From NCBI RefSeq assembly GCF_964355755.1, contig NW_027306095.1, forward strand, positions 62,001 to 126,000: a stretch of 64,000 bases of DNA, given 5' to 3'. Below are positions 24,901-38,700 of this stretch, in pieces (within the stretch, counting starts at the first letter, position 1; every line of letters starts with the position of its first letter). The notes below the pieces were generated by a model that worked only from the letters and a program-made list of their open reading frames with translations, was not told where the DNA came from and did not search any database. Source of the DNA: Antedon mediterranea. Taxonomy: Eukaryota; Animalia; Echinodermata. The position numbers were made by a program, and so were the translations under genes.

Positions 24901-27900
24901 TTCAAATCGCATTTGGAGACGTTTTAGACCATTTTGAGCATTTCGATGAAACTTTTCACACAAAAACATCAAAGTGCACAAAATAGCTTCAAATCGCATT
25001 TAGAGACGTTTTAGACCATTTTGTGCATTTCGATGAAACTTTTCACACAAAAACATCAAAGTGCACAAAATAGCTTCAAATCGCATTTGGAGACGTTTTA
25101 GACCATTTTGTGCATTTCGATGAAACTTTTCACACAAAAACATCAAAGTGCACAAAATAGCTTCAAATCGCATTTAGAGACGTTTTAGACCATTTTGTGC
25201 ATTTCGATGAAACTTTTCACAAAAAAACATCAAAGTGCACAAAATAGCTTCAAATCGCATTTGGAGACGTTTTAGACCATTTTGAGCATTTCGATGAAAC
25301 TTGATTACACAAAAATATCAAAGTGCTTAAAATCACATTTGAAACCGTTTTAGACCATTTTGAGCATTTCGATAAAACTTTTCACACAAAACATCAAAGT
25401 GCACAAAATAACTTCAAATCGCATTTGGAGACGTTTTAGACCATTTTGTGCATTTCGAATAAACTTTTCACACAAAAACATCAAAGTGCACAAAATAGCT
25501 TCAAATCGCATTTGGAGACGTTTTAGACCATTTTGTGCATTTCGAAAAAACTTGATTACACAAAAATATCAAAGTGCTTAAAATCACATTTGAAACCGTT
25601 TTAGACAATTTTGAGCATTTCGATAAAACTTTTCACACAAAACATTAAAGTGCACAAAATAGCAAACTTTTTACACAAAACATCAAAGTGCACAAAAGAG
25701 CTCCAAATCGCATTTGGAGACGTTTTAGACCATTTTGTGCATTTCGAAAAAACTTTTCACTCAAAAACATCAAAGTGCATACAATAGCTTAATATCGTAT
25801 TTGGAGACGTTTTAGACAATTTTGTGCATTTCGATGAAACTTTTCACACAAAAACATCAAAGTGCACAAAATAGCTTCAAATCGCATTTGCAGACGTTTT
25901 AAACCATTTAGTGCATTTCGATGAAACTTGATTACACAAAAACATCAAAGTGCTTAAAATCACATTTGAAACCGTTTTAGACCATTTTGAGAATTTCGAT
26001 AAAACTTTTCACACAAAACATTAAAGTGCACAAAATAGCTTTAAATCGCATTTGCAGACGTTTTAGACCATTTTGTGCATTTCGATGAAACTTGATTACA
26101 CAAAAATATCAAAGTGCTTAAAATCACATTTGAAACCGTTTTAGACCATTTTGAGCATTTCGATAAAACTTTTCACAAAAAACATTAAAGTGCACAAAAT
26201 AGCAAACTTTTTACACAAAAAAAAATTAAAGTGCACAAAAGAGCTCCAAATCGCATTTGGAGACGTTTTAGACCATTTTGTGCATTTCGAAAAAACTTTT
26301 CACTCAAAAACATCAAAGTGCATACAATAGCTTAATATCGTATTTGGAGACGTTTTAGACAATTTTGTGCATTTCGATGAAACTTTTCACAAAAAAACAT
26401 CAAAGTGCACAAAATAGCTTCAAATCGCATTTAGAGACGTTTTAGACCATTTTGTGCATTTCGATGAAACTTTTCACAAAAAAACATCAAAGTGCACAAA
26501 ATAGCTTCAAATCGCATTTAGAGACGTTTTAGACCATTTTGTGCATTTCGATGAAACTTTTCACACAAAAACATCAAAGTGCACAAAATAGCTTCAAATC
26601 GCATTTAGAGACGTTTTAGACCATTTTGTGCATTTCGATGAAACTTTTCACAAAAAAACATCAAAGTGCACAAAATAGCTTCAAATCGCATTTGGAGACG
26701 TTTTAGACCATTTTGTGCATTTCGATGAAACTTTTCACACAAAAACATCAAAGTGCACAAAATAGCTTCAAATCGCATTTAGAGACGTTTTAGACCATTT
26801 TGTGCATTTCGATGAAACTTTTCACAAAAAAACATCAAAGTGCACAAAATAGCTTCAAATCGCATTTGGAGACGTTTTAGACCATTTTGAGCATTTCGAT
26901 GAAACTTGATTACACAAAAATATCAAAGTGCTTAAAATCACATTTGAAACCGTTTTAGACCATTTTGAGCATTTCGATAAAACTTTTCACACAAAACATC
27001 AAAGTGCACAAAATAACTTCAAATCGCATTTGGAGACGTTTTAGACCATTTTGTGCATTTCGAATAAACTTTTCACACAAAAACATCAAAGTGCACAAAA
27101 TAGCTTCAAATCGCATTTGGAGACGTTTTAGACCATGTTGTGCATTTCGAAAAAACTTGATTACACAAAAATATCAAAGTGCTTAAAATCACATTTGAAA
27201 CCGTTTTAGACAATTTTGAGCATTTCGATAAAACTTTTCACACAAAACATTAAAGTGCACAAAATAGCAAACTTTTTACACAAAACATCAAAGTGCACAA
27301 AAGAGCTCCAAATCGCATTTGGAGACGTTTTAGACCATTTTGTGCATTTCGAAAAAACTTTTCACTCAAAAACATCAAAGTGCATACAATAGCTTAATAT
27401 CGTATTTGGAGACGTTTTAGACAATTTTGTGCATTTCGATGAAACTTTTCACACAAAAACATCAAAGTGCACAAAATAGCTTCAAATCGCATTTGCAGAC
27501 GTTTTAAACCATTTAGTGCATTTCGATGAAACTTGATTACACAAAAACATCAAAGTGCTTAAAATCACATTTGAAACCGTTTTAGACCATTTTGAGAATT
27601 TCGATAAAACTTTTCACACAAAACATTAAAGTGCACAAAATAGCTTTAAATCGCATTTGCAGACGTTTTAGACCATTTTGTGCATTTCGATGAAACTTGA
27701 TTACACAAAAATATCAAAGTGCTTAAAATCGCATTTGAAACCGTTTTAGACCATTTTGAGCATTTCGATAAAACTTTTCACACAAAACATCAAAGTGCAC
27801 AAAATAACTTCAAATCGCAATTGGAGACGTTTTAGACCATTTTGTGCATTTCGATGAAACTTTTCACACAAAAACGACAAAGTGCACAAAATAGCTTCAA

Positions 27901-30900
27901 ATCGCATTTAGAGACGTTTTAGACAATTTTATACATTTCGATGAAACTGGATTACACAAAACATCAAAGTGCACAAAATAGCTTCAAATCGCATTTAGAG
28001 ACGTTTTAGACCATTTTGTGCATTTCGATGAAACTTTTCACAAAAAAACATCAAAGTGCACAAAATAGCTTCAAATCGCATTTGGAGACGTTTTAGACCA
28101 TTTTGAGCATTTCGATGAAACTTGATTACACAAAAATATCAAAGTGCTTAAAATCACATTTGAAACCGTTTTAGACCATTTTGAGCATTTCGATAAAACT
28201 TTTCACACAAAACATCAAAGTGCACAAAATAACTTCAAATCGCATTTGGAGACGTTTTAGACCATTTTGTGCATTTCGAATAAACTTTTCACACAAAAAC
28301 ATCAAAGTGCACAAAATAGCTTCAAATCGCATTTGGAGACGTTTTAGACCATGTTGTGCATTTCGAAAAAACTTGATTACACAAAAATATCAAAGTGCTT
28401 AAAATCACATTTGAAACCGTTTTAGACAATTTTGAGCATTTCGATAAAACTTTTCACACAAAACATTAAAGTGCACAAAATAGCAAACTTTTTACACAAA
28501 ACATCAAAGTGCACAAAAGAGCTCCAAATCGCATTTGGAGACGTTTTAGACCATTTTGTGCATTTCGAAAAAACTTTTCACTCAAAAACATCAAAGTGCA
28601 TACAATAGCTTAATATCGTATTTGGAGACGTTTTAGACAATTTTGTGCATTTCGATGAAACTTTTCACACAAAAACATCAAAGTGCACAAAATAGCTTCA
28701 AATCGCATTTGCAGACGTTTTAAACCATTTAGTGCATTTCGATGAAACTTGATTACACAAAAACATCAAAGTGCTTAAAATCACATTTGAAACCGTTTTA
28801 GACCATTTTGAGAATTTCGATAAAACTTTTCACACAAAACATTAAAGTGCACAAAATAGCTTTAAATCGCATTTGCAGACGTTTTAGACCATTTTGTGCA
28901 TTTCGATGAAACTTGATTACACAAAAATATCAAAGTGCTTAAAATCACATTTGAAACCGTTTTAGACCATTTTGAGCATTTCGATAAAACTTTTCACACA
29001 AAACATCAAAGTGCACAAAATAACTTCAAATCGCAATTGGAGACGTTTTAGACCATTTTGTGCATTTCGATGAAACTTTTCACACAAAAACGACAAAGTG
29101 CACAAAATAGCTTCAAATCGCATTTAGAGACGTTTTAGACAATTTTATACATTTCGATGAAACTGGATTACACAAAACATCAAAGTGCACAAAATTGCTT
29201 CAAATCGCATTTGGAGACGTTTTAGACCATTTTGTGCATTTCGAAAAAACTTTTCACACAAAAACGACAAAGTGCACAAAATAGCTTCAAATCGCATTTG
29301 CAGACGTTTTAGACCATTTTGTGCATTTCGATGAAACTTTTCACACAAAAACATCAAAGTGCACAAAATTGCTTCAAATCGCATTTGGAGACGTTTTAGA
29401 CCATTTTGAGCATTTCGATGAAACTTTTCACACAAAAACGACAAAGTGCACAAAATAGCTTCAAATCGCATTTAGAGACGTTTTAGACAATTTTGTGCCT
29501 TTCGATGAAACTTTTCACAAAAAAACATCAAAGTGCACAAAATAGCTTCAAATCGCATTTGCAGACGTTTTAGACCATTTTGTGCATTTCGATGAAACTT
29601 TTCACACAAAAACATCAAAGTGCACAAAATTGCTTCAAATCGCATTTGGAGACGTTTTAGACCATTTTGAGCATTTCGATGAAACTTTTCACACAAAAAC
29701 GACAAAGTGCACAAAATAGCTTCAAATCGCATTTAGAGACGTTTTAGACCATTTTGTGCATTTCGATGAAACTTTTCACAAAAAAACATCAAAGTGCACA
29801 AAATAGCTTCAAATCGCATTTAGAGACGTTTTAGACCATTTTGTGCATTTCGATGAAACTTTTCACACAAAAACATCAAAGTGCACAAAATAGCTTCAAA
29901 TCGCATTTAGAGACGTTTTAGACCATTTTGAGCATTTCGATGAAACTTTTCACACAAAAACGACAAAGTGCACAAAATAGCTTCAAATCGCATTTAGAGA
30001 CGTTTTAGACAATTTTGTGCCTTTCGATGAAACTTTTCACAAAAAAACATCAAAGTGCACAAAATAGCTTCAAATCGCATTTGCAGACGTTTTAGACCAT
30101 TTTGTGCATTTCGATGAAACTTTTCACACAAAAACATCAAAGTGCACAAAATTGCTTCAAATCGCATTTGGAGACGTTTTAGACCATTTTGTGCATTTCG
30201 AAAAAACTTTTCACACAAAAACGACAAAGTGCACAAAATAGCTTCAAATCGCATTTGCAGACGTTTTAGACCATTTTGTGCATTTCGATGAAACTTTTCA
30301 CACAAAAACATCAAAGTGCACAAAATTGCTTCAAATCGCATTTGGAGACGTTTTAGACCATTTTGAGCATTTCGATGAAACTTTTCACACAAAAACGACA
30401 AAGTGCACAAAATAGCTTCAAATCGCATTTAGAGACGTTTTAGACAATTTTGTGCCTTTCGATGAAACTTTTCACAAAAAAACATCAAAGTGCACAAAAT
30501 AGCTTCAAATCGCATTTGCAGACGTTTTAGACCATTTTGTGCATTTCGATGAAACTTTTCACACAAAAACATCAAAGTGCACAAAATTGCTTCAAATCGC
30601 ATTTGGAGACGTTTTAGACCATTTTGAGCATTTCGATGAAACTTTTCACACAAAAACGACAAAGTGCACAAAATAGCTTCAAATCGCATTTAGAGACGTT
30701 TTAGACCATTTTGTGCATTTCGATGAAACTTTTCACAAAAAAACATCAAAGTGCACAAAATAGCTTCAAATCGCATTTAGAGACGTTTTAGACCATTTTG
30801 TGCATTTCGATGAAACTTTTCACACAAAAACATCAAAGTGCACAAAATAGCTTCAAATCGCATTTAGAGACGTTTTAGACCATTTTGAGCATTTCGATGA

Positions 30901-32757
30901 AACTTTTCACACAAAAACGACAAAGTGCACAAAATAGCTTCAAATCGCATTTAGAGACGTTTTAGACAATTTTGTGCCTTTCGATGAAACTTTTCACAAA
31001 AAAACATCAAAGTGCACAAAATTGCTTCAAATCGCATTTGGAGACGTTTTAGACAATTTTGTGCCTTTCGATAAAACTTTTCACACAAAAACATCAAAGT
31101 GCACAAAATTGCTTCAAATCGCATTTGGAGACGTTTTAGACCATTTTGAGCATTTCGATGAAACTTTTCACACAAAAACGACAAAGTGCACAAAATAGCT
31201 TCAAATCGCATTTAGAGACGTTTTAGACCATTTTGTGCATTTCGATGAAACTTTTCACAAAAAAAAATCAAAGTGCACAAAATAGCTTCAAATCGCATTT
31301 AGAGACGTTTTAGACCATTTTGTGCATTTCGATGAAACTTTTCACACAAAAACATCAAAGTGCACAAAATAGCTTCAAATCGCATTTAGAGACGTTTTAG
31401 ACCATTTTGTGCATTTCGATGAAACTTTTCACACAAAAACATCAAAGTGCACAAAATAGCTTCAAATCGCATTTGGAGACGTTTTAGACCATGTTGTGCA
31501 TTTCGAAAAAACTTGATTACACAAAAACATCAAAGTGCTTAAAATCACATTTGAAACCGTTTTAGACCATTTTGAGAATTTCGATAAAACTTTTACACAA
31601 AACATTAAAGTGAACAAAATAGCTTTAAATCGCATTTGCAGACGTTTTAGACCATTTTGTGCATTTCGATGAAACTGGATTACACAAAACATCAAAGTGC
31701 ACAAAATAGCTTCAAATCGCATTTGGAGACGTTTTAGACCATTTTGTGCATTTCGAAAAAACTTTTCACACAAAAACGACAAAGTGCACAAAATAGCTTC
31801 AAATCACATTTGAAACCGTTTTAGACCATTTTGAGAATTTCGATAAAACTTTTACACAAAACATTAAAGTGCACAAAATAGCTTTAAATCGCATTTGCAG
31901 ACGTTTTAGACCATTTTGTGCATTTCGATGAAACTTGATTACACAAAAATATCAAAGTGCTTAAAATCACATTTGAAACCGTTTTAGACCATTTTGAGCA
32001 TTTCGATAAAACTTTTCACACAAAACATCAAAGTGCACAAAATAACTTCAAATCGCAATTGGAGACGTTTTAGACCATTTTGTGCATTTCGATGAAACTT
32101 TTCACACAAAAACGACAAAGTGCACAAAATAGCTTCAAATCGCATTTAGAGACGTTTTAGACAATTTTGTACATTTCGATGAAACTGGATTACACAAAAC
32201 ATCAAAGTGCACAAAATTGCTTCAAATCGCATTTGGAGACGTTTTAGACCATTTTGTGCATTTCGAAAAAACTTTTCACACAAAAACGACAAAGTGCACA
32301 AAATAGCTTCAAATCGCATTTGCAGACGTTTTAGACCATTTTGTGCATTTCGATGAAACTTTTCACACAAAAACATCAAAGTGCACAAAATTGCTTCAAA
32401 TCGCATTTGGAGACGTTTTAGACAATTTTGTGCCTTTCGATAAAACTTTTCACACAAAAACGACAAAGTGCACAAAATAGCTTCAAATCGCATTTGCAGA
32501 CGTTTTAGACCATTTTGTGCATTTCGATGAAACTTTTCACACAAAAACATCAAAGTGCACAAAATTGCTTCAAATCGCATTTGGAGACGTTTTAGACCAT
32601 TTTGAGCATTTCGATGAAACTTTTCACACAAAAACGACAAAGTCCACAAAATAGCTTCAAATCGCATTTAGAGACGTTTTAGACCATTTTGTGCATTTCG
32701 ATGAAACTTTTCACAAAAAAACATCAAAGTGCACAAAATAGCTTCAAATCGCATTTG
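15971..32757 (+). repeat. 87-bp satellite array, block 3 (orientation A), ~16.8 kb
   Basis: Orientation-A monomers from the palindrome centre to ...AAATCGCATTTG (32757). Confidence 0.97.
26780..29200. repeat. Tandem duplication, 1216-bp period
   Basis: Rare variant ATTTTATACAT with the diagnostic A at 27931 and 29147; ORFs 26965/28181 are offset by 1216. Boundaries are approximate. Confidence 0.75.
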
Positions 32758-35700
32758 AACTTTGTGCACTTTTTGTGAAAAGTTTCATCGAAATGCACAA
32801 AATGGTCTAAAACGTCTCTAAATGCGATTTGAAGCTATTTTGTGCACTTTGATGTTTTTGTGTGAAAAGTTTCACCAAAATGCACAAAATGGTCTAAAAC
32901 GTCTCTAAATGCGATTTGAAGCTATTTTGTGCACTTTGATGTTTTTTTGTGAAAAGTTTCATCGAAATGCACAAAATGGTCTAAAACGTCTCTAAATGCG
33001 ATTTGAAGCTATTTTGTGCACTTTGTCGTTTTTGTGTGAAAAATTTCATCGAAATGCTCAAAATGGTCTAAAACGTCTCCAAATGCGATTTGAAGCAATT
33101 TTGTGCAATTTGATGTTTTTGTGTGAAAAGTTTCATCGAAATGCACAAAATGGTCTAAAACGTCTCCAAATGCGATTTGAAGCTATTTTGTGCACTTTGA
33201 TGTTTTTTTGTGAAAAGTTTCATCGAAATGCACAAAATTGTCTAAAACGTCTCTAAATCCGATTTGAAGCTATTTTGTGCACTTTGTCGTTTTTGTGTGA
33301 AAAGTTTCGTCGAAATGCTCAAAATGGTCTAAAACGTCTCCAAATGCGATTTGAAGCAATTTTGTGCACTTTGATGTTTTTGTGTGAAAAGTTTCATCGA
33401 AATGCACAAAATGGTCTAAAACGTCTGCAAATGCGATTTGAAGCTATTTTGTGCACTTTGTCGTTTTTGTGTGAAAAGTTTTTTCGAAATGCACAAAATG
33501 GTCTAAAACGTCTCCAATTGCGATTTGAAGTTATTTTGTGCACTTTGGTGTTTTGTGTGAAAAGTTTTATCGAAATGCTCAAAATGGTCTAAAACGGTTT
33601 CAAATGTGATTTTAAGCACTTTGATATTTTTGTGTAATCAAGTTTCATCGAAATGCACAAAATGGTCTAAAACGTCTGCAAATGCGATTTAAAGCTATTT
33701 TGTGCACTTTAATGTTTTGTGTGAAAAGTTTTATCGAAATTCTCAAAATGGTCTAAAACGGTTTCAAATGTGATTTTAAGCACTTTGAGGTTTTTGTGTA
33801 ATCAAGTTTCATCGAAATGCACAAAATGGTTTAAAACGTCTGCAAATGCGATTTGAAGCTATTTTGTGCACTTTGATGTTTTTGTGTGAAAAGTTTCATC
33901 GAAATGCACAAAATTGTCTAAAACGTCTCCAAATACGATATTAAGCTATTGTATGCACTTTGATGTTTTTGAGTGAAAAGTTTTTTCGAAATGCACAAAA
34001 TGGTCTAAAACGTCTCCCAATGCGATTTGGAGCTCTTTTGTGCACTTTGATGTTTTGTGTAAAAAGTTTGCTATTTTGTGCACTTTAATGTTTTGTGTGA
34101 AAAGTTTTATCGAAATGCTCAAAATTGTCTAAAACGGTTTCAAATGTGATTTTAAGCACTTTGATATTTTTGTGTAATCAAGTTTTTTCGAAATGCACAA
34201 CATGGTCTAAAACGTCTCCAAATGCGATTTAAATCTATTTTGTGCACTTTGATGTTTTTGTGTGAAAAGTTTCATCGAAATACACAAAATGGTCTAAAAC
34301 GTCTCTAAATGCGATTTGAAGCTATTTTGTACACTTTGATGTTTTTGTGTGTAAAGTTTTATCGAAATTCTCAAAATGGTCTAAAACAGTTTCAAATGTG
34401 ATTTTAAGCACTTTGATGTTTTTGTGTAATCAAGTTTCATCGAAATGCACAAAATGGTTTAAAACGTCTGCAAATGCGATTTGAAGCTATTTTGTGCACT
34501 TTGATGTTTTTGTGTGAAAAGTTTCATCGAAATGCACAAAATTGTCTAAAACGTCTCCAAATACGATATTAAGCTATTGTATGCACTTTGATGTTTTTGA
34601 GTGAAAAGTTTTTTCGAAATGCACAAAATGGTCTAAAACGTCTCCCAATGCGATTTGGAGCTCTTTTGTGCACTTTGATGTTTTGTGTAAAAAGTTTGCT
34701 ATTTTGTGCACTTTAATGTTTTGTGTGAAAAGTTTTATCGAAATGCTCAAAATTGTCTAAAACGGTTTCAAATATGATTTTAAGCACTTTGATATTTTTG
34801 TGTAATCAAGTTTTTTCGAAATGCACAACATGGTCTAAAACGTCTCCAAATGCGATTTGAAGCTATTTTGTGCACTTTGATGTTTTTGTGTGAAAAGTTT
34901 CATCGAAATACACAAAATGGTCTAAAACGTCTCTAAATGCGATTTGAAGCTATTTTGTGCACTTTGATGTTTTTGTGTGAAAAGTTTCATCGAAATGCAC
35001 AAAATGGTCTAAAACGTCTCTAAATGCGATTTCAAGCTATTTTGTGCACTTTGATGTTTTTGTGTGAAAAGTTTCATCGAAATGCACAAAATTGTCTAAA
35101 ACGTCTCCAAATACGATATTAAGCTATTGTATGCACTTTGTTGTTTTTGAGTGAAAAGTTTTTTCGAAATGCACAAAATTGTCTAAAACGTCCCCAAATG
35201 CGATTTGGAGCTCTTTTGTGCACTTTGATGTTTTGTGTAAAAAGTTTGCTATTTTGTGCACTTTAATGTTTTGTGTGAAAAGTTTTATCGAAATGCTCAA
35301 AATTGTCTAAAACGGTTTCAAATGTGATTTTAAGCACTTTGATATTTTTGTGTAATCAAGTTTTTTCGAAATGCACAACATGGTCTAAAACGTCTCCAAA
35401 TGCAATTTGAAGCTATTTTGTGCACTTTGATGTTTTTGTGTGAAAAGTTTCATCGAAATGCACAAAATGGTCTAAAACGTCTCTAAATGCGATTTGAAGC
35501 TATTTTGTGCACTTTGTCGTTTTTGTGTGAAAAGTTTTTTCGAAATGCACAAAATGGTCTAAAACGTCTCCAATTGCGATTTGAAGTTATTTTGTGCACT
35601 TTGATGTTTTGTGTGAAAAGTTTTATCGAAATGCTCAAAATGGTCTAAAACGGTTTCAAATGTGATTTTAAGCACTTTGATGTTTTTGTGTAATCAAGTT

Positions 35701-38700
35701 TCATCGAAATGCACAAAATGGTTTAAAACGTCTGCAAATGCGATTTGAAGCTATTTTGTGCACTTTGATGTTTTTGTGTGAAAAGTTTCATCGAAATGCA
35801 CAAAATTGTCTAAAACGTCTCCAAATACGATATTAAGCTATTATATGCACTTTGATGTTTTTGAGTGAAAAGTTTTTTCGAAATGCACAAAATGTTCTAA
35901 AACGTCTCCAAATGCCATTTGGAGCTCTTTTGTGCACTTTAATTTTTTTTGTGTAAAAAGTTTTCTATTTTGTGCACTTTTAATGTTTTGTGTGAAAAGT
36001 TTTATCGAAATGCTCAAAATTGTCTAAAACGGTTTCAAATGTGATTTTAAGCACTTTGATATTTTTGTGTAATCAAGTTTTTTCGAAATGCACAACATGG
36101 TCTAAAACGTCTCCAAATGCGATTTGAAGCTATTCTGTGCACTTCGATGTTTTTTTGTGAAAAGTTTCATCGAAATGCACAAAAATAGTCTAAAACGTCT
36201 GCAAATGCGATTTGAAGCTATTTTATGCACTTTGATGTTTTTTTGTGAAAAGTTTCATCGAAAGGCACAAAATTGTCTAAAACGTCTCTAAATGCGATTT
36301 GAAGCTATTTTGTGCACTTTGTCGTTTTTGTGTGAAAAGTTTCATCGAAATGCTCAAAATGGTCTAAAACGTCTCCAAATGCGATTTGAAGCAATTTTGT
36401 GCACTTTGATGTTTTTGTTTGAAAAGTTTCATCGAAATGCACAAAATGGTCTAAAACGTCTGCAAATGCGATTTGAAGCTATTTTGTGCACTTTGTCGTT
36501 TTTGTGTGAAAAGTTTTTTCGAAATGCACAAAATGGTCTAAAACGTCTCCAAATGCGATTTGAAGCAATTTTGTGCACTTTGATGTTTTGTGTAATCCAG
36601 TTTCATCGAAATGTACAAAATTGTCTAAAACGTCTCTAAATGCGATTTGAAGCTATTTTGGGCACCTTGTCGTTTTTGTGTGAAAAGTTTCATCGAAATT
36701 CACAAAATGGTCTAAAACGTCTCCAATTGCGATTTGAAGTTATTTTGTGCACTTTGATGTTTTGTGTGAAAAGTTTTATCGAAATGCTCAAAATGGTCTA
36801 AAACGGTTTCAAATGTGATTTTAAGCACTTTGATATTTTTGTGTAATCAAGTTTCATCGAAATTCACAAAATGGTCTAAAACGTCTGCAAATGCGATTTA
36901 AAGCTATTTTGTGCACTTTAATGTTTTGTGTGAAAAGTTTTATCGAAATTCTCAAAATGGTCTAAAACGGTTTCAAATGTGATTTTAAGCACTTTGATGT
37001 TTTTGTGTAATCAAGTTTCATCGAAATGCACTAAATGGTTTAAAACGTCTGCAATTGCGATTTGAAGCTATTTTGTGCACTTTGATGTTTTTGTGTGAAA
37101 AGTTTCATCGAAATGCACAAAATTGTCTAAAACGTCTCCAAATACGATATTAAGCTATTGTATGCACTTTGATGTTTTTGAGTGAAAAGTTTTTTCGAAA
37201 TGCACAAAATGGTCTAAAACGTCTCCAAATGCGATTTGGAGCTCTTTTGTGCACTTTGATGTTTTGTGTAAAAAGTTTGCTATTTTGTGCACTTTAATGT
37301 TTTGTGTGAAAAGTTTTATCGAAATGCTCAAAATTGTCTAAAACGGTTTTAAATGTGATTTTAAGCACTCTGATATTTTTGTGTAATCAAGTTTTTTCGA
37401 AATGCACAACATGGTCTAAAACGTCTCAAAATGCGATTTGAAGCTATTTTGTGCACTTTGATGTTTTTGTGTGAAAAGTTTCATCGAAATGCACAAAATG
37501 GTCTAAAACGTCTCTAAATGCGATTTGAAGCTATTTTGTGCACTTTGATGTTTTTGTGTGAAAAGTTTCATCGAAATGCACAAAATGGTCTAAAACGTCT
37601 CTAAATGCGATTTGAAGCTATTTTGTGCACTTTGATGTTTTTTTGTGAAAAGTTTCATCGAAATGCACAAAATGGTCTAAAACGTCTCTAAATGCGATTT
37701 GAAGCTATTTTGTGCACTTTGATGTTTTTGTGTGAAAAGTTTCATCGAAATGCACAAAATTGTCTAAAACGTCTCCAAATACGATATTAAGCTATTGTAT
37801 GCACTTTGTTGTTTTTGAGTGAAAAGTTTTTTCGAAATGCACAAAATTGTCTAAAACGTCCCCAAATGCGATTTGGAGCTCTTTTGTGCACTTTGATGTT
37901 TTGTGTAAAAAGTTTGCTATTTTGTGCACTTTAATGTTTTGTGTGAAAAGTTTTATCGAAATGCTCAAAATTGTCTAAAACGGTTTCAAATGTGATTTTA
38001 AGCACTTTGATATTTTTGTGTAATCAAGTTTTTTCGAAAAGCACAACATGGTCTAAAACGTCTCCAAATGCGATTTGAAGCTATTTTGTGCACTTTGATG
38101 TTTTTGTTTGAAAAGTTTCATCGAAATGCACAAAATGGTCTAAAACGTCTCTAAATGCGATTTGAAGCTATTTTGTGCACTTTGTCGTTTTTGTGTGAAA
38201 AGTTTTTTCGAAATGCACAAAATGGTCTAAAACGTCTCCAATTGCGATTTGAAGTTATTTTGTGCACTTTGATGTTTTGTGTGAAAAGTTTTATCGAAAT
38301 GCTCAAAATGGTCTAAAACGGTTTCAAATGTGATTTTAAGCACTCTGATATTTTTGTGTAATCAAGTTTCATCGAAATGCACAAAATGGTCTAAAACGTC
38401 TGCAAATGCGATTTGAAGCTATTTTGTGCACTTTGATGTTTTTGTGTGAAAAGTTTCATCGAAATGCACAAAATTGTCTAAAACGTCTCCAAATACGATA
38501 TTAAGCTATTGTATGCACTTTAATATTTTTGAGTGAAAAGTTTTTTCGAAATGCACAAAATGGTCTAAAACGTCTCTAAATGCGATTTGAAGCTATTTTG
38601 TGCACTTTGTCGTTTTTGTGTGAAAAGTTTCATCGAAATGCTCAAAATGGTCTAAAACGTCTCCAAATGCGATTTGAAGCAATTTTGTGCACTTTGATGT

